NCBI RefSeq assembly: GCF_006345805.1
Contig: NC_043005.1
Span: forward strand, 45,136,001-45,200,000
DNA from: Octopus sinensis
Lineage: Eukaryota
Direction of reading: 5' to 3'
Length of the DNA: 64,000 bases
This document shows, piece by piece, positions 1 to 13,900 of this stretch. How positions within the stretch are numbered: position 1 is the first letter of the stretch; each line of letters opens with the position of its first letter. The notes under the pieces were generated by a model. It saw nothing but the letters and a program-made list of their open reading frames with translations, made no database searches and was not told where the DNA came from. The position numbers and the translations under genes are program-made.

Positions 1-1404
1 AAGTAACAGCGCGTTTAACACACTTGGTATAGAACTACCTTTACAGTAAGAAATGGGAAACTCTTAGGCTACAATTATTTAAAAGAAGGTTAATTAAAGA
101 ATCAGAAACCAAGTTTTTTTGAATGAAGTAATTAAAAACAAGGAATGAGAGAGAGAAAGAGAAAGAGAGAGAGAGAGAGATAGGGAAGAAAAGTGTTTTT
201 TTTTTTTTTTTTGCATAAAATGATCTGTGCTGTTTAAGAAGTAAATAAAATGCAAAATAATTAAAATTTGAAGATCTCTTTGGTATACAAGAAGTGCTGA
301 TAGAGAAAGGTCTGAAATTAATGTGATGGTAATTTAGGGAAATTAGTCTCACTAATTATACAAATAGGAATATAACACAAAAATATTTTCATTAATAAAA
401 TATAATCCAAACTAAAAAAAAAAAAGCAATTGATGATAGTGAGAATAAAAATGTAAGACTAAAGCAATCAATCTGAATCACTAGAGGGAAAAGTGCAAAA
501 TGAGTTTTAAGAAAATAAAAGGAAAAAATGGGTTTTTTTTTTTTAGTGTATTAAAATAATCTTGATAATGAAAAGAAGAGATGGCCTCAAGATATAAAAC
601 TAATGATCTCTGGATAAATCAACCAATTAACAGATTTTTAAAAATATGGTTTTTATCTTACACTACATGCAAAGAGTTAATACAAAATAATTTTTGGGGG
701 GCTTTCAGTAAAAGCGTGTTAGCTTGAGCAGAGAAAGAATTTTACTCGATGAGAATTTAGTGACTGAGCAAGACCATGTAACAGAAGCTTATCTCAATAG
801 GAAGAATGATGTTCGGTGTGAATAGTTGCCTAAGACATGTAAAGATTTCTACTGCCAAGAATACTCCTGAAACTTTAGCTGTATAATCTCAATTCACTTT
901 TGTAGTTTGCGCTGTTATCAAAGAGTCTCCAAGGACATGGTTCAACAACTTATTGATTTCTGTTTGTTGATCATGGAAAATGATAGAATGCTGCTCCAGC
1001 TGAATGGATAGTATCTGTTCTACTGACTTTTCTAGAGAATGACAATATGACTATAGAATAAAGAATGTTTTATAGCAACTAAAACAGTGTTGTAGACAAT
1101 CAGTATCTAAAATCTTATAATAATGATCAGTATATAAAGAAGCGATATCACTTTATCATAAAACAAAGAGAATTCAGTCAGTAGGAAGTGCTTATTAAAG
1201 ATAACAACAGCAATTAGATGTTATTGATATAAACATATTAGGAGCTTGATAATATCTTATGGCAACAAGTTAACATTTTTCTTAGCTCTGTTTCTATGCT
1301 GTTCTCCTTCTGTGACAGTCTAAAAGCTGCTCTAGCCAGAGAAAGCACATTTATTCTTAAATGTGCATACTTACACTCATAAACGCACAATGAATATGTA
1401 CAAA

Positions 1405-1600
1405 TATATACATAGGTGCAAGTGTGGCTGTGTGGTAAGAAATGCTTCCCAATCACATGACTGCATGGTTCTGGGTTCAGTTCCACTGTGTGGTACGTTG
1501 TGCAAGTGCCTTCTACTAGAGCTTCAAGCCAACAATACATTGTGAATGGATTTGGAAGACAGAAACTAAAAGAAGCCAATTGTTTATATCTATATATCTA
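1405..1600 (+). mobile_element. tRNA-derived SINE head (abundant CORE-like family with internal microsatellite)
   Basis: gtggctgtgtggtaagaaatgcttcccaatcacatg...gggttcagttccactg...gcaagtgccttctacta; the same head recurs more than 12 times in the window. Confidence 0.8.
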
Positions 1601-1650
1601 TATATTTATATATATATATGTATATATATATATATAAATACATATATCTA

Positions 1651-2665
1651 TTAGGTTGACAACTAAGTTCCTGCCATTTTTTAAAATTTGAATTTTTTTA
1701 AAGGTTTAATAAAAAATATCAATTAATTAATCAATAATGTATTCCCCCTTGTTGATTACAACTTCTTCCCAAAATTCCACAAGGTTTTTCAATACCTCGT
1801 TGGTAGAAACCATTTGATTTTGACTCGGAAAAATGGATCCAACCAAGCTCTCAATTCTGCATCAGTATTGAACAAAACTCCATGCATAGCATTTGAAAGA
1901 GAGCAAAAGTGGTGGAAATTCATTGGTGCCAAATCAGAAGAGTATGGTGGATGTGGCACCAATTCCCGGCCATGTGTTTGAATGACTTCTTAGGTCATAT
2001 TGGCGATATGAGGGTGGGTGCTGTCGTGCAGCAGAAGAACTCCATGCTGGCAATTAGGTCTTTTCTCTTGAATAGCAGTGTTGAGTCATTCCATCTGTTG
2101 AACATAGAGTTCCGTGTTGACCGTTTGGTTCCGTTCAAGCAATTCATAGTGGATAATCCCTTCCCAGTCCCAACATATGCACAACATCATTTTATGCGGA
2201 TGAAGATCTTGTTTCACATGCGGTGTCACTTGTTTATCGGGGCTAAGCCATTCCTTACACTGCTTCATGTTGATGTACGGGCACCATTTTTCATCGCCAG
2301 CAACAATTTGGTAAAGAAATCGTTGCTTGTGTCCATGAGTTGAGCGGTGACGAGCAAGCAAACCAGCGGAGATTGTGGAACACTGATTTTTGTTGTTGTC
2401 ACTTAAAGTATGCGGAACCCATGTTCCATACTTCTGAACCTTTCCCATCAAGTGAAGATGCTTCTCTATCGCAGTGTGGGAGCATTCCATTTTCTCTGCC
2501 AGTTCCCCTGTCATTTGACGAGAATTTTCGTGCAAAAGTTGGTTTAATCACCCTTCATCGAACTCAACAGGACAGCCAGAACGAGGTGCATCTTTGAGGT
2601 CAAAATACCCATTTTTGAACTTGGCATACCAATCACGAGCAGTTGTTTCAGCTATGGCACCCTCT
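1651..2665 (-). mobile_element. Mariner transposon, degraded transposase, 5'-truncated, 3' TIR at 1651
   Basis: ORF 2086-2535 has WVPHTL, AGDEKW and YELLERNQTVN; downstream HPPYSSDLAP; upstream KFKNGYFDLKDAPRSGCP HTH segment; TA followed by ttaggttgacaactaagttc terminus. Confidence 0.92.
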
Positions 2666-2745
2666 CCTTCCAGCTTGCCAGCCCTGGTCAAACCGTCCAA
2701 CCCATGCCAGCATGGACAAAGGACGTTAAATGATGATGATGATAA
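2666..2745 (+). mobile_element. RTE-type LINE 3' tail interrupting the mariner
   Basis: ccgtccaacccatgccagcatggacaaaggacgttaaa(tga)n matches the tail of the RTE copy at 22651-24140. Confidence 0.75.
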
Positions 2746-2751
2746 TAATAT

Positions 2752-2808
<57 letters not shown>

Positions 2809-3290
2809 CAGAAAGACAGACAGACAGATAGATAGATCAATGTGTTTGTGTTTTTGTCTGTCTTCTACCACCGCTTGACAACTGGTGTTAGTCTGCTTAT
2901 GCCACCATAACTTAGCATTCAGCAAAAAGTGATTAATATAGTAAGCACCAGAGTTGAAAATAAAATAAGTACTGGGGTTGATTTGCTTGATTAAAACCTT
3001 CAAGGTGGTGCCCCAGCATGGCTGCAATCAAATGGCTGAAGCAAGTTAAAAAATAAAAGAATAAAGATATTTATGCTGTTTTATCGCCATCTGACAAATG
3101 TGTGGCCTTGAGCCAATGTAACAAGACACCATCTTCAATCTCCCCATCTTCTTAATATCCCTCCTCCTCCTCCTCCCCCTCAATATTATCATCATCATCA
3201 TCATCATCATTGTCATTTTCCTCATTGTCATTAACGTCTTTGTTATCATCATCATTATTGTCATCATCGACGTCATCGTTGTCATAGTTG

Positions 3291-3330
<40 letters not shown>

Positions 3331-3723
3331 CATCATCATCATCACCATCCTCATCATTATCAGCATTGTTGTTACTATCCTCATTAACTTAACATCTGCT
3401 TTTTTTTCATTTTTTTTTTTTTCATGCTGATATGGTTTGAACAGCTTTGCACTGAAGCAACTTTCCATCAGTTTTTATTTCAACATTTTCACGTTTGTTC
3501 TATGTTTTTCTCCTTCAGATCCAATTGTGCACTTTATTAAATTTTCTTTCATTTATCTCTGCTTTTCACTTTCAGCTTAATCACGCTTATCACTTTCTTC
3601 AAAATTCTTTCTCTCTCTTGTAATTTGCTAAATAAAATATGTTCCCATTGCAGCATTTTAAAACTATTTCTGATCTTGACTTCAAATTATTTGTAGTTTC
3701 TATTAGGATATGGTGCTTTTCAG

Positions 3724-3794
3724 CTATACACTATAGGGCATTATTTGGTCCTATTCTTGTGTGGCATGCTGCACACCAGATCAATCAAACTTAT
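3724..3794 (+). CDS. Candidate internal exon of an unidentified host gene
   Basis: tggtgcttttcag| ... |gtaagc boundaries; two open frames (IHYRALFGPILVWHAAHQINQTY or LYTIGHYLVLFLCGMLHTRSIKL); no homologue recognised. Confidence 0.2.
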
Positions 3795-4224
3795 GTAAGC
3801 ATCAGAATCAGCCAGAGGTTAAAACCCAAGTAGACAGATAAGACCAGCCAGTAGTTTTCAATACTAGGTGCAGAAGAACAGCCAAAATTCTCTTCCATTT
3901 ATACTTTATTTGATGATTGTCATCCCACATCAAATAAAGTGTTACATACATACTTTCATATATGCATGTATGTATGTATGTATGCATGTATGTATGTATG
4001 TATGTATGTATGTATGAATGTATGTATGAATGTATGTACATATGTACGTATGCATGACAAATTAAGAAATAATTAATATCCAGTTGAATTAGGTACTTAA
4101 GTTGAGGCACCAAGTCAGTCCGGTATTATCCAAACAGCTTACTTTGAGCTATGTATGTATGTATGTATGTATGCATGCATGAATGCATGTACGTACATAT
4201 GTATGTATGTATGTATGAATGTAT

Positions 4225-4625
4225 GCATGGCTGTGTGGTAAGAAGCTTGCTTTCCAACCACATGGGTCCAGGTTCAGTCCCACAGCATGGGACTTTGAAC
4301 AAGTGTCTTCTTCTATAGCTATAAGCTCACCAAAGCTTTGTGGGTCCATTTGGTAGACAGAAACTGAAAAAAACCTCTCATGTGTGTGTGTGTGAGTGCG
4401 TGTGCACGTGTCCTTGTGTCTATTTGTCCCTCCACCACCACTTAATGACGGGTGTCAATGTGTTTACATCCCCATAACTTACCAGTTTGGCTAAAGAGAC
4501 TGATAGCATAAGTACCAGGCTTGTAGAACAATAAGTACTAGGGTTGATTCATTCAACTAAAAGCTCTTCAAGGCAGTGCCCCAGCATGGGCGCAGTTTAA
4601 TGACTGAGACAAGTGAAAGATACAG
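4225..4625 (+). mobile_element. tRNA-derived CORE-like SINE, near full length
   Basis: Head gcatggctgtgtggtaagaagcttgc, internal (TG)n, tail ...ccagcatgggcgcagtttaatgactgagacaagtgaaaga. Confidence 0.85.
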
Positions 4626-4679
4626 GATAAATGAATTGTTAGGGATGCAGAGTACTACTACTACTAATAATAATATTAG

Positions 4680-5467
4680 CAATCCCTTTTATTATAAGCA
4701 CAAGGCCTGAAATTTGGGAGAGGAGACCAGTCAATTAGATTGACCCCAGAAATCAACTGGTACTTAATTTATCAACTCCAAAAGGATGAAAGGTAAAATC
4801 AACCTCAGCGAAATTTGAACTCAGAACATAGCGATGGGCAAAATACCACTAAGCATTTCACCCAGTGTGCTAATAACTCTGCCAGCTTGCCACCTTCATT
4901 ACTGCTAATAATAACAATAATAATTATTGTTGTTGGCAGAATTTGAACTCAGAATGTAGTGACGGGCGAAATACTGCTAAGCATTTCATCCAGTGTGCTA
5001 ATGATTCTGCCAGCTCACTGCCTTGACAACAACAATAGCAAAAATTATTTTAAAGTTTGGCTCAAGGCCGGCCATTCTGGAGGAGGTGTTAAGTCGATTA
5101 CATCAACCCCAGTACTTAACTGGTTCTTATTTTATCGACCCCAAAAAGATGAAAGGCAAAGTCAACCTCGGGGGAATTTGAACTCAGAACATGAAGATGG
5201 ACGAAATGCCGCTAAGCATTTTGCCCAGCATGCTAATGACTCTGCCAGCTTGCCACCTTAATAATAATAATAATAATAATGATCCTTTTTACTTTAGGCA
5301 CAAGGCCTGAAATTGTAGGGAAGGGGTCTAGTTGATACATCAACCCCAAAAGGATGAAAGGCAAAGTTAACCTCGGTGGAATTTGAACTCAGAACATAGC
5401 AATGAGTGAAATATCACAAAGAATTTCATTCAGCATACTAATGATTCTACCAGCTCATCACCTTAGC

Positions 5468-5532
<65 letters not shown>

Positions 5533-5960
5533 GCTGATTGCTTCAAATTTTTAACGCCAGATCTGCAATTATGGGGGAGGCTTAGTTAATTACATTAACC
5601 TCAGTATTTATCAGGAACTTCATTTTATTGACATGCCCACTGAAGGAATGAAAGGCAAAGTTGACATCACTAGGATATGAACTCCAAATATAAAGGGTCA
5701 GAAAGAATGTTAAGTATTATATCTGATGTGCTAATGATTCCATTAGGTCACTGTCTTGACAGCAATAATAATAATCATATCTACTATAGGCACAAGGCCT
5801 GAAATTTGAAAAAAGAGGGATATTCAATTACATTGACCCCAGTGTTTCACTGGCACTTAATTTATCGACCCTGAAAGGATGAAAGGCAAAGCTGACCTTG
5901 ACAGAATTTGAACTGAGCACATAAAACCACTAAGCATTTCACCCAGCATGCTGCCACCCA
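4680..5960 (-). mobile_element. Tandem cluster of about 6 co-oriented SINEs (Meta-domain-like core) separated by (AAT)n tails
   Basis: Repeated aaaaggatgaaaggcaaagtcaacc...aatttgaactcagaac blocks; reverse complement resembles the MetaSINE core ctttcatcctttcggggtcgataaaataagtaccag. Confidence 0.8.
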
Positions 5961-7285
5961 AGAATTTGAACCTGGAGATCTCCATTTCCAGCAACTTCGA
6001 GGGCCACCTCCCAGTGGTGTTGGGCATCAACGAAGAGCCCTCGACTACAACAAGACGACCAAAGATTTTTTTTTTCCAAGGTCTGGGGGTCTCCTGCCCC
6101 TAAGCTCTAGACCATCACCTAATCACCCTTACCCGTCTTGTTGCTTAACAACAACACCCTGCATGCTAAAAATTCTGCCAGCTCATCGCCTTAACAGCAA
6201 TGAAAATAATACAAGCATATGTATGTATATTTGTATATCTGTGAGTGTGTGTGTATGTATAGTTATCATATCTGTGTCTTGGCAGAATACGATATTTGTA
6301 AATGTGTATCACTGTCATACAAGCAGCATCATTCATTTGCAACATGCCATAAAAACATGGCTGGACATGGAAAAAAATATTATCTTGCATATCTAGCTTG
6401 GAAATAGATGGTTGTCAAGAGAAACAACATGTAGCTACGGGAAAATTTGCTTCTATCAATAATTTTCATTTGATCTACACAAGCATGGAAACGTAAATAT
6501 CGAAACAATGATGATATTGATAATGATGATGATGATGATAATGATATGCATATGTATGCATGTATGTACATGTATGTTTGTATACATATGTACTGGACCA
6601 CTGAACTCCACATGTTTTTTTCATTCTCTCTCTATTTATTTCCTTTTATTCCTTTCTGTCAAATCCTTTCTGTCAAAAAGTAAAGGCTCAAAACGTAAAA
6701 GACTTTTCCATTTTTCCCAAGCATCAAACTAATACACTTGCTTGTTGTCCTTACACCCGTCTTTATCTTTTTGTTTCTCTACAAATTTGCACTATCTATC
6801 ACTCTCTCTCTCTCTCTCTCTCTCTGTGTTTGTATGTATGTATGTATGTGTGTGTAACTGTATGAATATATATTTATACAATGTAATTTAGTATCACTCA
6901 CTTGTCACCTGTACCTTAGGCTTGCTATCAGTACAATTTGTCAGATGAACTTTCTCTTTGTAGGCTAACAGTTTGGCTGTAAGCCAGGATGAAGAAAATA
7001 AACAATGAAAGTTGACTAAAACACAACTCTAGTGTAGGACAAAATGTCAATTTATGATTTTGCTTCAAGTCACAATTATTAATATTATTAACTACATCCA
7101 AAAGAGGCTGCTTTGCATAAATGCTTCTTATCTTATTTGTCCCTCACTAACCTCATGTACATGCACGCATATATATATATATATATATATATATGTAGAT
7201 ATATAAATATACATATAAACATATATGTGTATGTGTGTGTGTGTGTGTGTGTATCTATATATATATGTATATATATATAAATATT

Positions 7286-7322
<37 letters not shown>

Positions 7323-7357
7323 GTATAGTGTGTTAGGTGTGATGTACAGAAATTGAA

Positions 7358-7520
7358 TATTGAGAAAAAAAGTCGTCAGAATTTTGGGATAAATCCTTTT
7401 AATTTTTCATTATTATTAGCGCTTTCGTTCCTAATTTCTAGAAAAGAACAAAAGTGCTAATAATAATGAAGAAATAAAAGGATTTTTTCCAGAATTATTC
7501 TGACGACTTTTTTCTCAATA
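7358..7520. mobile_element. Small foldback MITE-like hairpin in (TA)n
   Basis: tattgagaaaaaaagtcgtcagaat ... attctgacgacttttttctcaata; arms pair imperfectly almost to the centre. Confidence 0.75.
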
Positions 7521-7699
7521 TATATATATATGTGTATGTATGGTATATATATATATAATATATATAATATATATTATATAATAATACATATATATGTCTC
7601 TAATAATATTTTATATATATATATATATATATATGTGTATTATATATAGAGAGAGAGAGAGGGAGATAGAGAGAGTTTACGAAAAAAAACATCACATGC

Positions 7700-8520
7700 T
7701 AGGGGAAAAAACTAGGGGTTTTGATAGCTTCCACTAACTAGGTGACCAAGTCTGTAGTGGGGGGATGCTCTGAAAGTGTAGCTGCTGCTAGAATAAGAAT
7801 AGCCAGAGCAAAGTTAAGAGAGCTCCAACATCTGCTGGCAACTAAGGGCCTCTCGCTCAGGGTGAAAGGTAGACTGTATGATGCATGTGTGCGAACTGCC
7901 ATGCTACGCAACAATGAAAGATAGGCATGACTGCTGTGTGGCTTGAAAGAAATGAAGCTAGTATGATCCGCTGGTTGTGTAATGTCAGTGTCCATACAGG
8001 ACAGAGTGTAAGTGCTCTGAGAGATATAAGAAGCATCAAATGTGATGTGCAAGAGAGACGACTGTACTAATATGGTCATGTGTTATGTATGGATGAGGAC
8101 AGCTGTCAGAAGTGCCACACCCTAACAGTGGAAGGAACTTTTGGATGAGGTAGACCCAGGAAGACATGGGATGAGGTGGTGAAGCATGACCTTCAAGCAT
8201 TGAACCTTATTGAGGCAATGACAAGAGACCAAGACCTTTGAAGATATGCTGTGATTGAGAAGACCCGGCAAGTAAAGTGAGATCACAGACATGGGCAATG
8301 CCAGTGATGCATGACCAGCCCATTTAAAAGTACTCTTGAAGCATCAGGCAATATGATATACTTGAGAAGATCTGTTGAGTCAAGTAAAATTGAAATCATA
8401 GCTGTAGCCAGTACCACTGACTTACTGGGCTACCATGCCAGTGGCACGTAAAATGCACCATCCAACCGTGGTGGATGCCAGTGCCCCCTGACTGGCTCCC
8501 AGGCCAGTGGTACGCAAAAT
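7700..8520 (+). mobile_element. RTE-clade LINE, 5'-truncated ORF2 C-terminus plus 3' UTR, degraded
   Basis: GGCSESVAAARIRIARAKLRELQHLLATKGLSLRVKGRLYDACVRTAML, followed by GRPRKTW-like sequence; homologous to 22651-23066. Confidence 0.9.
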
Positions 8521-8640
8521 GTATATATATAATATATATATATATATATACTTACAAATTGAAGATATGATTATTAAAATGATTATATTAGTGGCTAGTG
8601 TATAAGAAATAACCACATTGATAAAATTAATTTTTAAGTA

Positions 8641-10295
8641 TCTCTTATCTCTTATTATAAAAGGCAGATTTTATCTGCCTCCCTTTGTAACTTATAGAAA
8701 TCTACAATATAGGATTTCTTCAATTACAATTTACCTAGCATTTTTAAGAGTAGAATGCATCGGGTCATGCCAGGTCCAGTTTTTAAAATTTAAACTCCAA
8801 TTAAGCAAAATTTACAGAAAACTCACATTCTGGTGTGTATGTCAAATGCTTTTCTTAATGTGGTTTACACCACACGCACACGCACACACATAGTGTGCAA
8901 CGAATAAAATGAAGTAAATAGCGACAGAGTGATTTGAGGAAGACTAAACTGAAAGTATTTAAACCACTACTCAAAAAATAAAAAAACACAGCAAACAGAA
9001 ACAAATAAATACATAACGATTACTCCTCACACAATTTCTTCAATTAGAGTTTACCTAAGATTTTTCAAAGTACTCCATTCGGTCATGCCATAATATATTT
9101 CTTTCAATTTCACCCCCAATTAAGACAAAATTCGAGAAAACTCAATATTTTAACATTTCACTACTCCGAAAGCATTGATGTACATGTGTGCGTGCATGAG
9201 TGTGTGTGTGTGTGTGTGTGTGTTTGATGGGTTGTGCGACACAGAAAGTGTGGTGTGTAAGTGAAGTGCTTTTGTTAGTGTGTGTAAAGAGACAGACAGA
9301 AAGACAGAAATAACTGACTTTTTTTATTCACTTTTTGTAGTGAGTGACTGAGAGAGAAAAGAGAGAGAGAGGTTATGTATGTATATATGTATGTATGGCT
9401 TCAGTGACACACACCACAAAAACACATACCTACGTACACCTAAAGCACGCACACACACAAGCGGAGCGCGAACTTCAAAATTTTGGTAGTATTAATTTGC
9501 GAGCGTACTTCTAAGCACGCGTAATTGAAAGTTTTCACTATGATATCATCATGTGCGAAAAAATTCGAAGGGTTTTGAAACACTGAGATACAGATGTCAC
9601 GCCTGTATTGAACCCTTTGCTAAGCTGCCGTAATTGCTTAATTAAGACTTTGTTTAAATTGAAAGGGGTAAATATGTGACGAGGTTGAAAATAAATACCC
9701 CAGAAAAAAAAATGTACTGCTGGTATTTATATAATTCACTACTATTTTGCTACAATGTCATGAAAAAGAAAAATTTAGGTATGTAAATCGAATTCGCCAC
9801 CCCCTTTTCCCCGTTCGCGTTTGTGTAAAAAAATTATTATTTAAGTTTTAAAAATTATTTACTTTGTTCAAAAATATAATATTAATTAATTTTCAAGAAT
9901 TATTTAATTTTATTCTGTAAAATAGTAATTAATTCTTTATCTGTAAATCCGCGAGTTGTTACTCAGGCACCTAGAATGGTAACCTTCAACTAACACTATC
10001 TCCTCCGAGACCTGCGGCGCAAGTTGACCAAAATTGAGAGTAAGGTAGAAGAAGGGTTGCTCTTCCTTCCGTAGAACATAAAATTCAAATCGGACCATGT
10101 TAACACCAAAAATTATTTACATCAAAAGATGCTTTTTTCTATGAAAAATCCCTATTTTTACGATTTTTTCACTGCTGTGTCGCCACTTTTCGGTGTATTT
10201 CGACCAGAAAAATGTTCACAAAATTTTTACTTTTCAAAATTACAATTCCAGCGCGTCGTCGAAACAAACCCGAGCACGCCGGGCGATACTGCTAG
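8641..10295 (+). mobile_element. Non-autonomous Helitron, about 1.65 kb
   Basis: 5' a|TCtcttatctcttattataaaagg; 3' cccgagcacgccggg hairpin then cgatactgCTAG|t; 3' end nearly identical to that of the Helitron at 51130; internal sub-repeat about 8715-8830 vs about 9035-9150. Confidence 0.75.
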
Positions 10296-10352
10296 TATAA
10301 TTATATTTATAATCACAATTAATACTATATATATATATATATTATATATATC

Positions 10353-10385
<33 letters not shown>

Positions 10386-10454
10386 ATATATATACACACA
10401 CACACACACACCCACACACACACACATATAGAAAAATAGATATATGTGTGTGTG

Positions 10455-10655
10455 TGTGTGTGCTGAAAAGTTCCTTGCTTTGTGAAAGGCCAACCTGGAG
10501 ACCTAATTTACTGAGTTCCTGTACAGAGCTTAGAAAACCTGAAGGCAATAAGTGCATGAATCTGAGAGGAGAATATGTTAGATAAAATCATAATTTACTG
10601 ATCCTACTGTATTTCCTTTTACCCAAAGCTAGGAACTTTCCAGTACTCATATTGT
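10455..10655. mobile_element. Mariner-derived MITE
   Basis: TIRs gtgctgaaaagttcc ... ggaactttccagtac; related to 12040-12262. Confidence 0.65.
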
Positions 10656-10662
10656 ATATATA

Positions 10663-11195
10663 CAGTAATACCATACTTTATGAGGACTCACTTTACGAGA
10701 CTCCGGTTTATGATATTTATTTTCCAAGCACACGATCCAAATTTTCAAGTGCAAAAGTTTCTACTACCATAACAAATGCTTCTGCATAGTTACCAAGAAA
10801 TTTATAGAGAGCGATAAAAAGCTTCTTCTAAGCAAGCGACTCTAAACTTGTTTTTAAAAAGAACTCTACAAGTCTGTTTATGAGTGCTTGTGAATCATGA
10901 TCGTATCTACAAGTGATGGTGTGCGCAAGTCTAGAACAAGTGAAAGTGATGCAGAAAAGGATTATTCTTTCTTTCTTTTATTCTTTTATTTGTTTCAGTC
11001 ATTTGACTGCGGCCATGCTGGGGCACCACATTTAGTCGAGCAAATCGACCCCAGGACTTATTTTTGTAAGCCTAGTACTTATTTTATCAGTCTCTTTTGC
11101 CAAATCACTAAGTTATGGGGACGTAAACACACCATTATCGGTTGTCAAACGATGTTGGGGAGATAAACACAAACACACAAACATATACATACACC

Positions 11196-11229
<34 letters not shown>

Positions 11230-11658
11230 CGATGGGCTTCTTTTCAGTTTCCATCTACCAAATCCACTCACAAGGCTTTGATGGGCCTGAGGCTATAGTA
11301 GAAGACACTTGCCCAAAGTACTACACAGTGGGACTGAACTATGTCATTGGTAAGCAAGCTACTTACCACACAATCACTCCTGTGCCTATAATAATATTTT
11401 TTATTATAAATCATCTTGACATTCTTTTTACTTTGCATGAAATATTCTTTACATTCTACAGTTGTTTTATTGCCATTTATTTATTAGTATTGATAAATTT
11501 TATTAGTATTAATAAATTTTATCAGTAAAATATTTTTTATGGAAATGAACTATGATTTATAACATTGCTGCAATGGAAAATTATTGCTCTGCTTTATGAG
11601 TTTTCACTTTACGAGTGACCTCCGGGAACAAATTAACTGGTATGTGAAGGCATTATTG
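10663..11658. mobile_element. pogo/Tigger-like MITE with a nested SINE (about 10980-11385, minus)
   Basis: TA|cagtaataccatactttatgag ... gtatgtgaaggcattattg|TA degenerate TIRs and TA target duplication. Confidence 0.55.
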
Positions 11659-11960
11659 TATATCTAAACATATGCCAACACACACACACACATACACATA
11701 TATATGTACACGTACGTATGCACCCAGAAATGAAAGCTATAATAGTGGAGATGTCACACAAGCATCTAGAAATGCCAAAGAAACTTGTTAAAATATGACT
11801 TCAAGGTGTCTGGTATCATTAAGAGATAATGTAGTAATGCAATGTTTAGTTGCAGGTGTTTCAAATAAGGTGTGGCATTACTGTCATGTGGTTCCTTGAC
11901 ATGCAGGTTTCACTTCAGGAAATTCAAATAAATTATACATACACAAATGCACATGCATGC

Positions 11961-12027
<67 letters not shown>

Positions 12028-12039
12028 ATACACACACAC

Positions 12040-12262
12040 ACAGAAGGTGGTGCAGAAAAAGTTTCTGTCTGAGGCTAAAAGAAAGTACAGGAGGATCAGT
12101 TAATTATGATTTTATTCAACATATGCCCCCCTCAGATTCACACACTTATTGCAACAGTCCTTCAGTTTTTCTATGCCCTGTGAAAGAAGTTGGGAGGTTG
12201 GGCCTCCAACCAGGCTTTTCACAATACCCTTAAAACCAGGAACTTTTTACCACCACCTTGTT
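12040..12262. mobile_element. Mariner-derived MITE
   Basis: aaggtggtgcagaaaaagtttct ... aggaactttttacaccacctt TIRs. Confidence 0.65.
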
Positions 12263-12268
12263 TATATG

Positions 12269-12314
<46 letters not shown>

Positions 12315-13599
12315 TATATATATTGTGTGGTGTGTGTGTGTGTGTGTGTATATGAGGGGGTATCAAATAGAATGTTTTTACATTACCTACAACCTTCACA
12401 GTCGAAGTTTACAAATGAAAATAAGATTTCATTCACATTATACATGTTTCAGGTATTCTGATTTACAGGTATTTTTGTGTAAATTTAAAGTATGTGTGCA
12501 TTTGTGTGAGTGTGTGTGTGTGTGTGTGTGTTTGTGTGTGTTTGTGTGTGTGTGTGTGTGTGTTTGTGTGTGTGTCATGTGTGTATGCACGTGCATGCGT
12601 GTGGGAGGAGTGAGTGTTTGTGTATGCATGGTTGTGTGTGATTGTGTCTGTATGTGTGCATGTGTGTGTATGAGTGTTTGTGTGTGTGTGTGAATGTGTG
12701 TGTGCATGTGTGTGAGTGTTTGTGTGATTTTGTGTGTGTATGTCTTTGCTTGTGTGTTTATATCTGGTGTGCGTGATGAGTGTTACTCTATTCATTACAT
12801 ATCATTCAATATAGATTAATTTTCTTTTCTGGGACAGCAGTAAGCTAATTAATTTAATTGTATAATTTTATTTTGTCATACACACACACACACACATAAT
12901 ATATATATATATATATCACCATCTTTATTATTATCATCATTTAATGTCCATTCTCTATACATGTATTAGTTGGAAAAGCTGCACCAGTCTCCATTTGTCT
13001 GTTTTGGCATGGTTTCTATGGCTGGATGCCCTTCCTAATACTAACCACTTTACAGAGTATATTGGGTGCTTTTTACATGGCTCCTTCAAGGTACTCTTTA
13101 CATAGCACCAGCATCAATGGGGTTGCCAAGTAGTTTGCCAGACAAAGACCTCTCAGCTGAGACAGGAAGTGGAACTGAGGAAAGTGGCTGTGAGCCAGGA
13201 GAGAGGTTAGAGTATAATAGTTGAAATCTATAGAAAAACAAAAGCAAACACAAGTGTATGAACAACAAGCAGGTGTATTAGTTTGATGCTCAGGAAAATG
13301 AAAAAGACTTTTATGTTTCAAGCTTACGCTCTTCAACAGAAAGGAATAAGAGAAAACAAACAGAGAGAGAATAAAACAAAAACTTGTAGATTTGGCAGTC
13401 AAGGCAGACATAGTTAGTCTTAATACAGAATGGATACTTAGCTACCCCAGTAGAACAGGGAAGGCGAGGAAGAAGAAAGAGGGTAAGAGAAAAAGAGAGA
13501 CAATCAGAGTGAGAGAGTGAGAGAGAAATATTTGGTGATGGAGGTGTACTGAGGTCTATCTACAGGGAACAGTGATGGGTGGGAGTCTACCAAATCCTT

Positions 13600-13900
13600 T
13601 GATCAGCCCTGGGCTTTAGTGGGTTGGAACTAAGCTTGGAACCAAGTAGGGTAAGTTTCCCTTCTGAAGTCATATCGACTCATAAAGGCCAGTTTCCTGG
13701 TTTCCATGGCATATAAATTCTCCACCTGGATGGGACACCAGTCCATCACAGGATTACTCATTTTTGCCAGCTGAGAGGATTGGAGCAATGTGAATTGAAG
13801 TGTTGTGCTCAAGAACACAACACGTCAACCGGTCCAGGGATTGAAACCACAATCTTATGATCATGAGTCCAACACCCTAAACATTAAGCTACATGCCTCC
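13600..13900 (-). mobile_element. tRNA-derived SINE, third family (also about 43735-43990 and 50445-50670 on plus)
   Basis: Minus strand reads ggaggcatgtagcttaatgtttagggtgttggac...gtttcaatccc (A/B-box-like), then gtgttcttgagcacaacactt CORE-like segment. Confidence 0.7.

Noticed and set aside
3046-3468. Met-rich 140-aa ORF and the many His/Thr, Tyr/Ile and Cys/Val ORFs across the window
   Set aside because: Translations of (CAT)n, (CA)n, (TA)n and (TACA)n microsatellites
5975-6175. Possible LINE endonuclease C-terminal remnant (GHLPVVLGINEE resembles SDH.PV)
   Set aside because: A single short motif with frameshifts; insufficient evidence
6640-6790. Possible decayed minimal-hammerhead/Penelope terminus (ttctgtcaaaaagtaaaggctcaaaacgtaaaagac)
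   Set aside because: Core too degenerate in this copy to support a call
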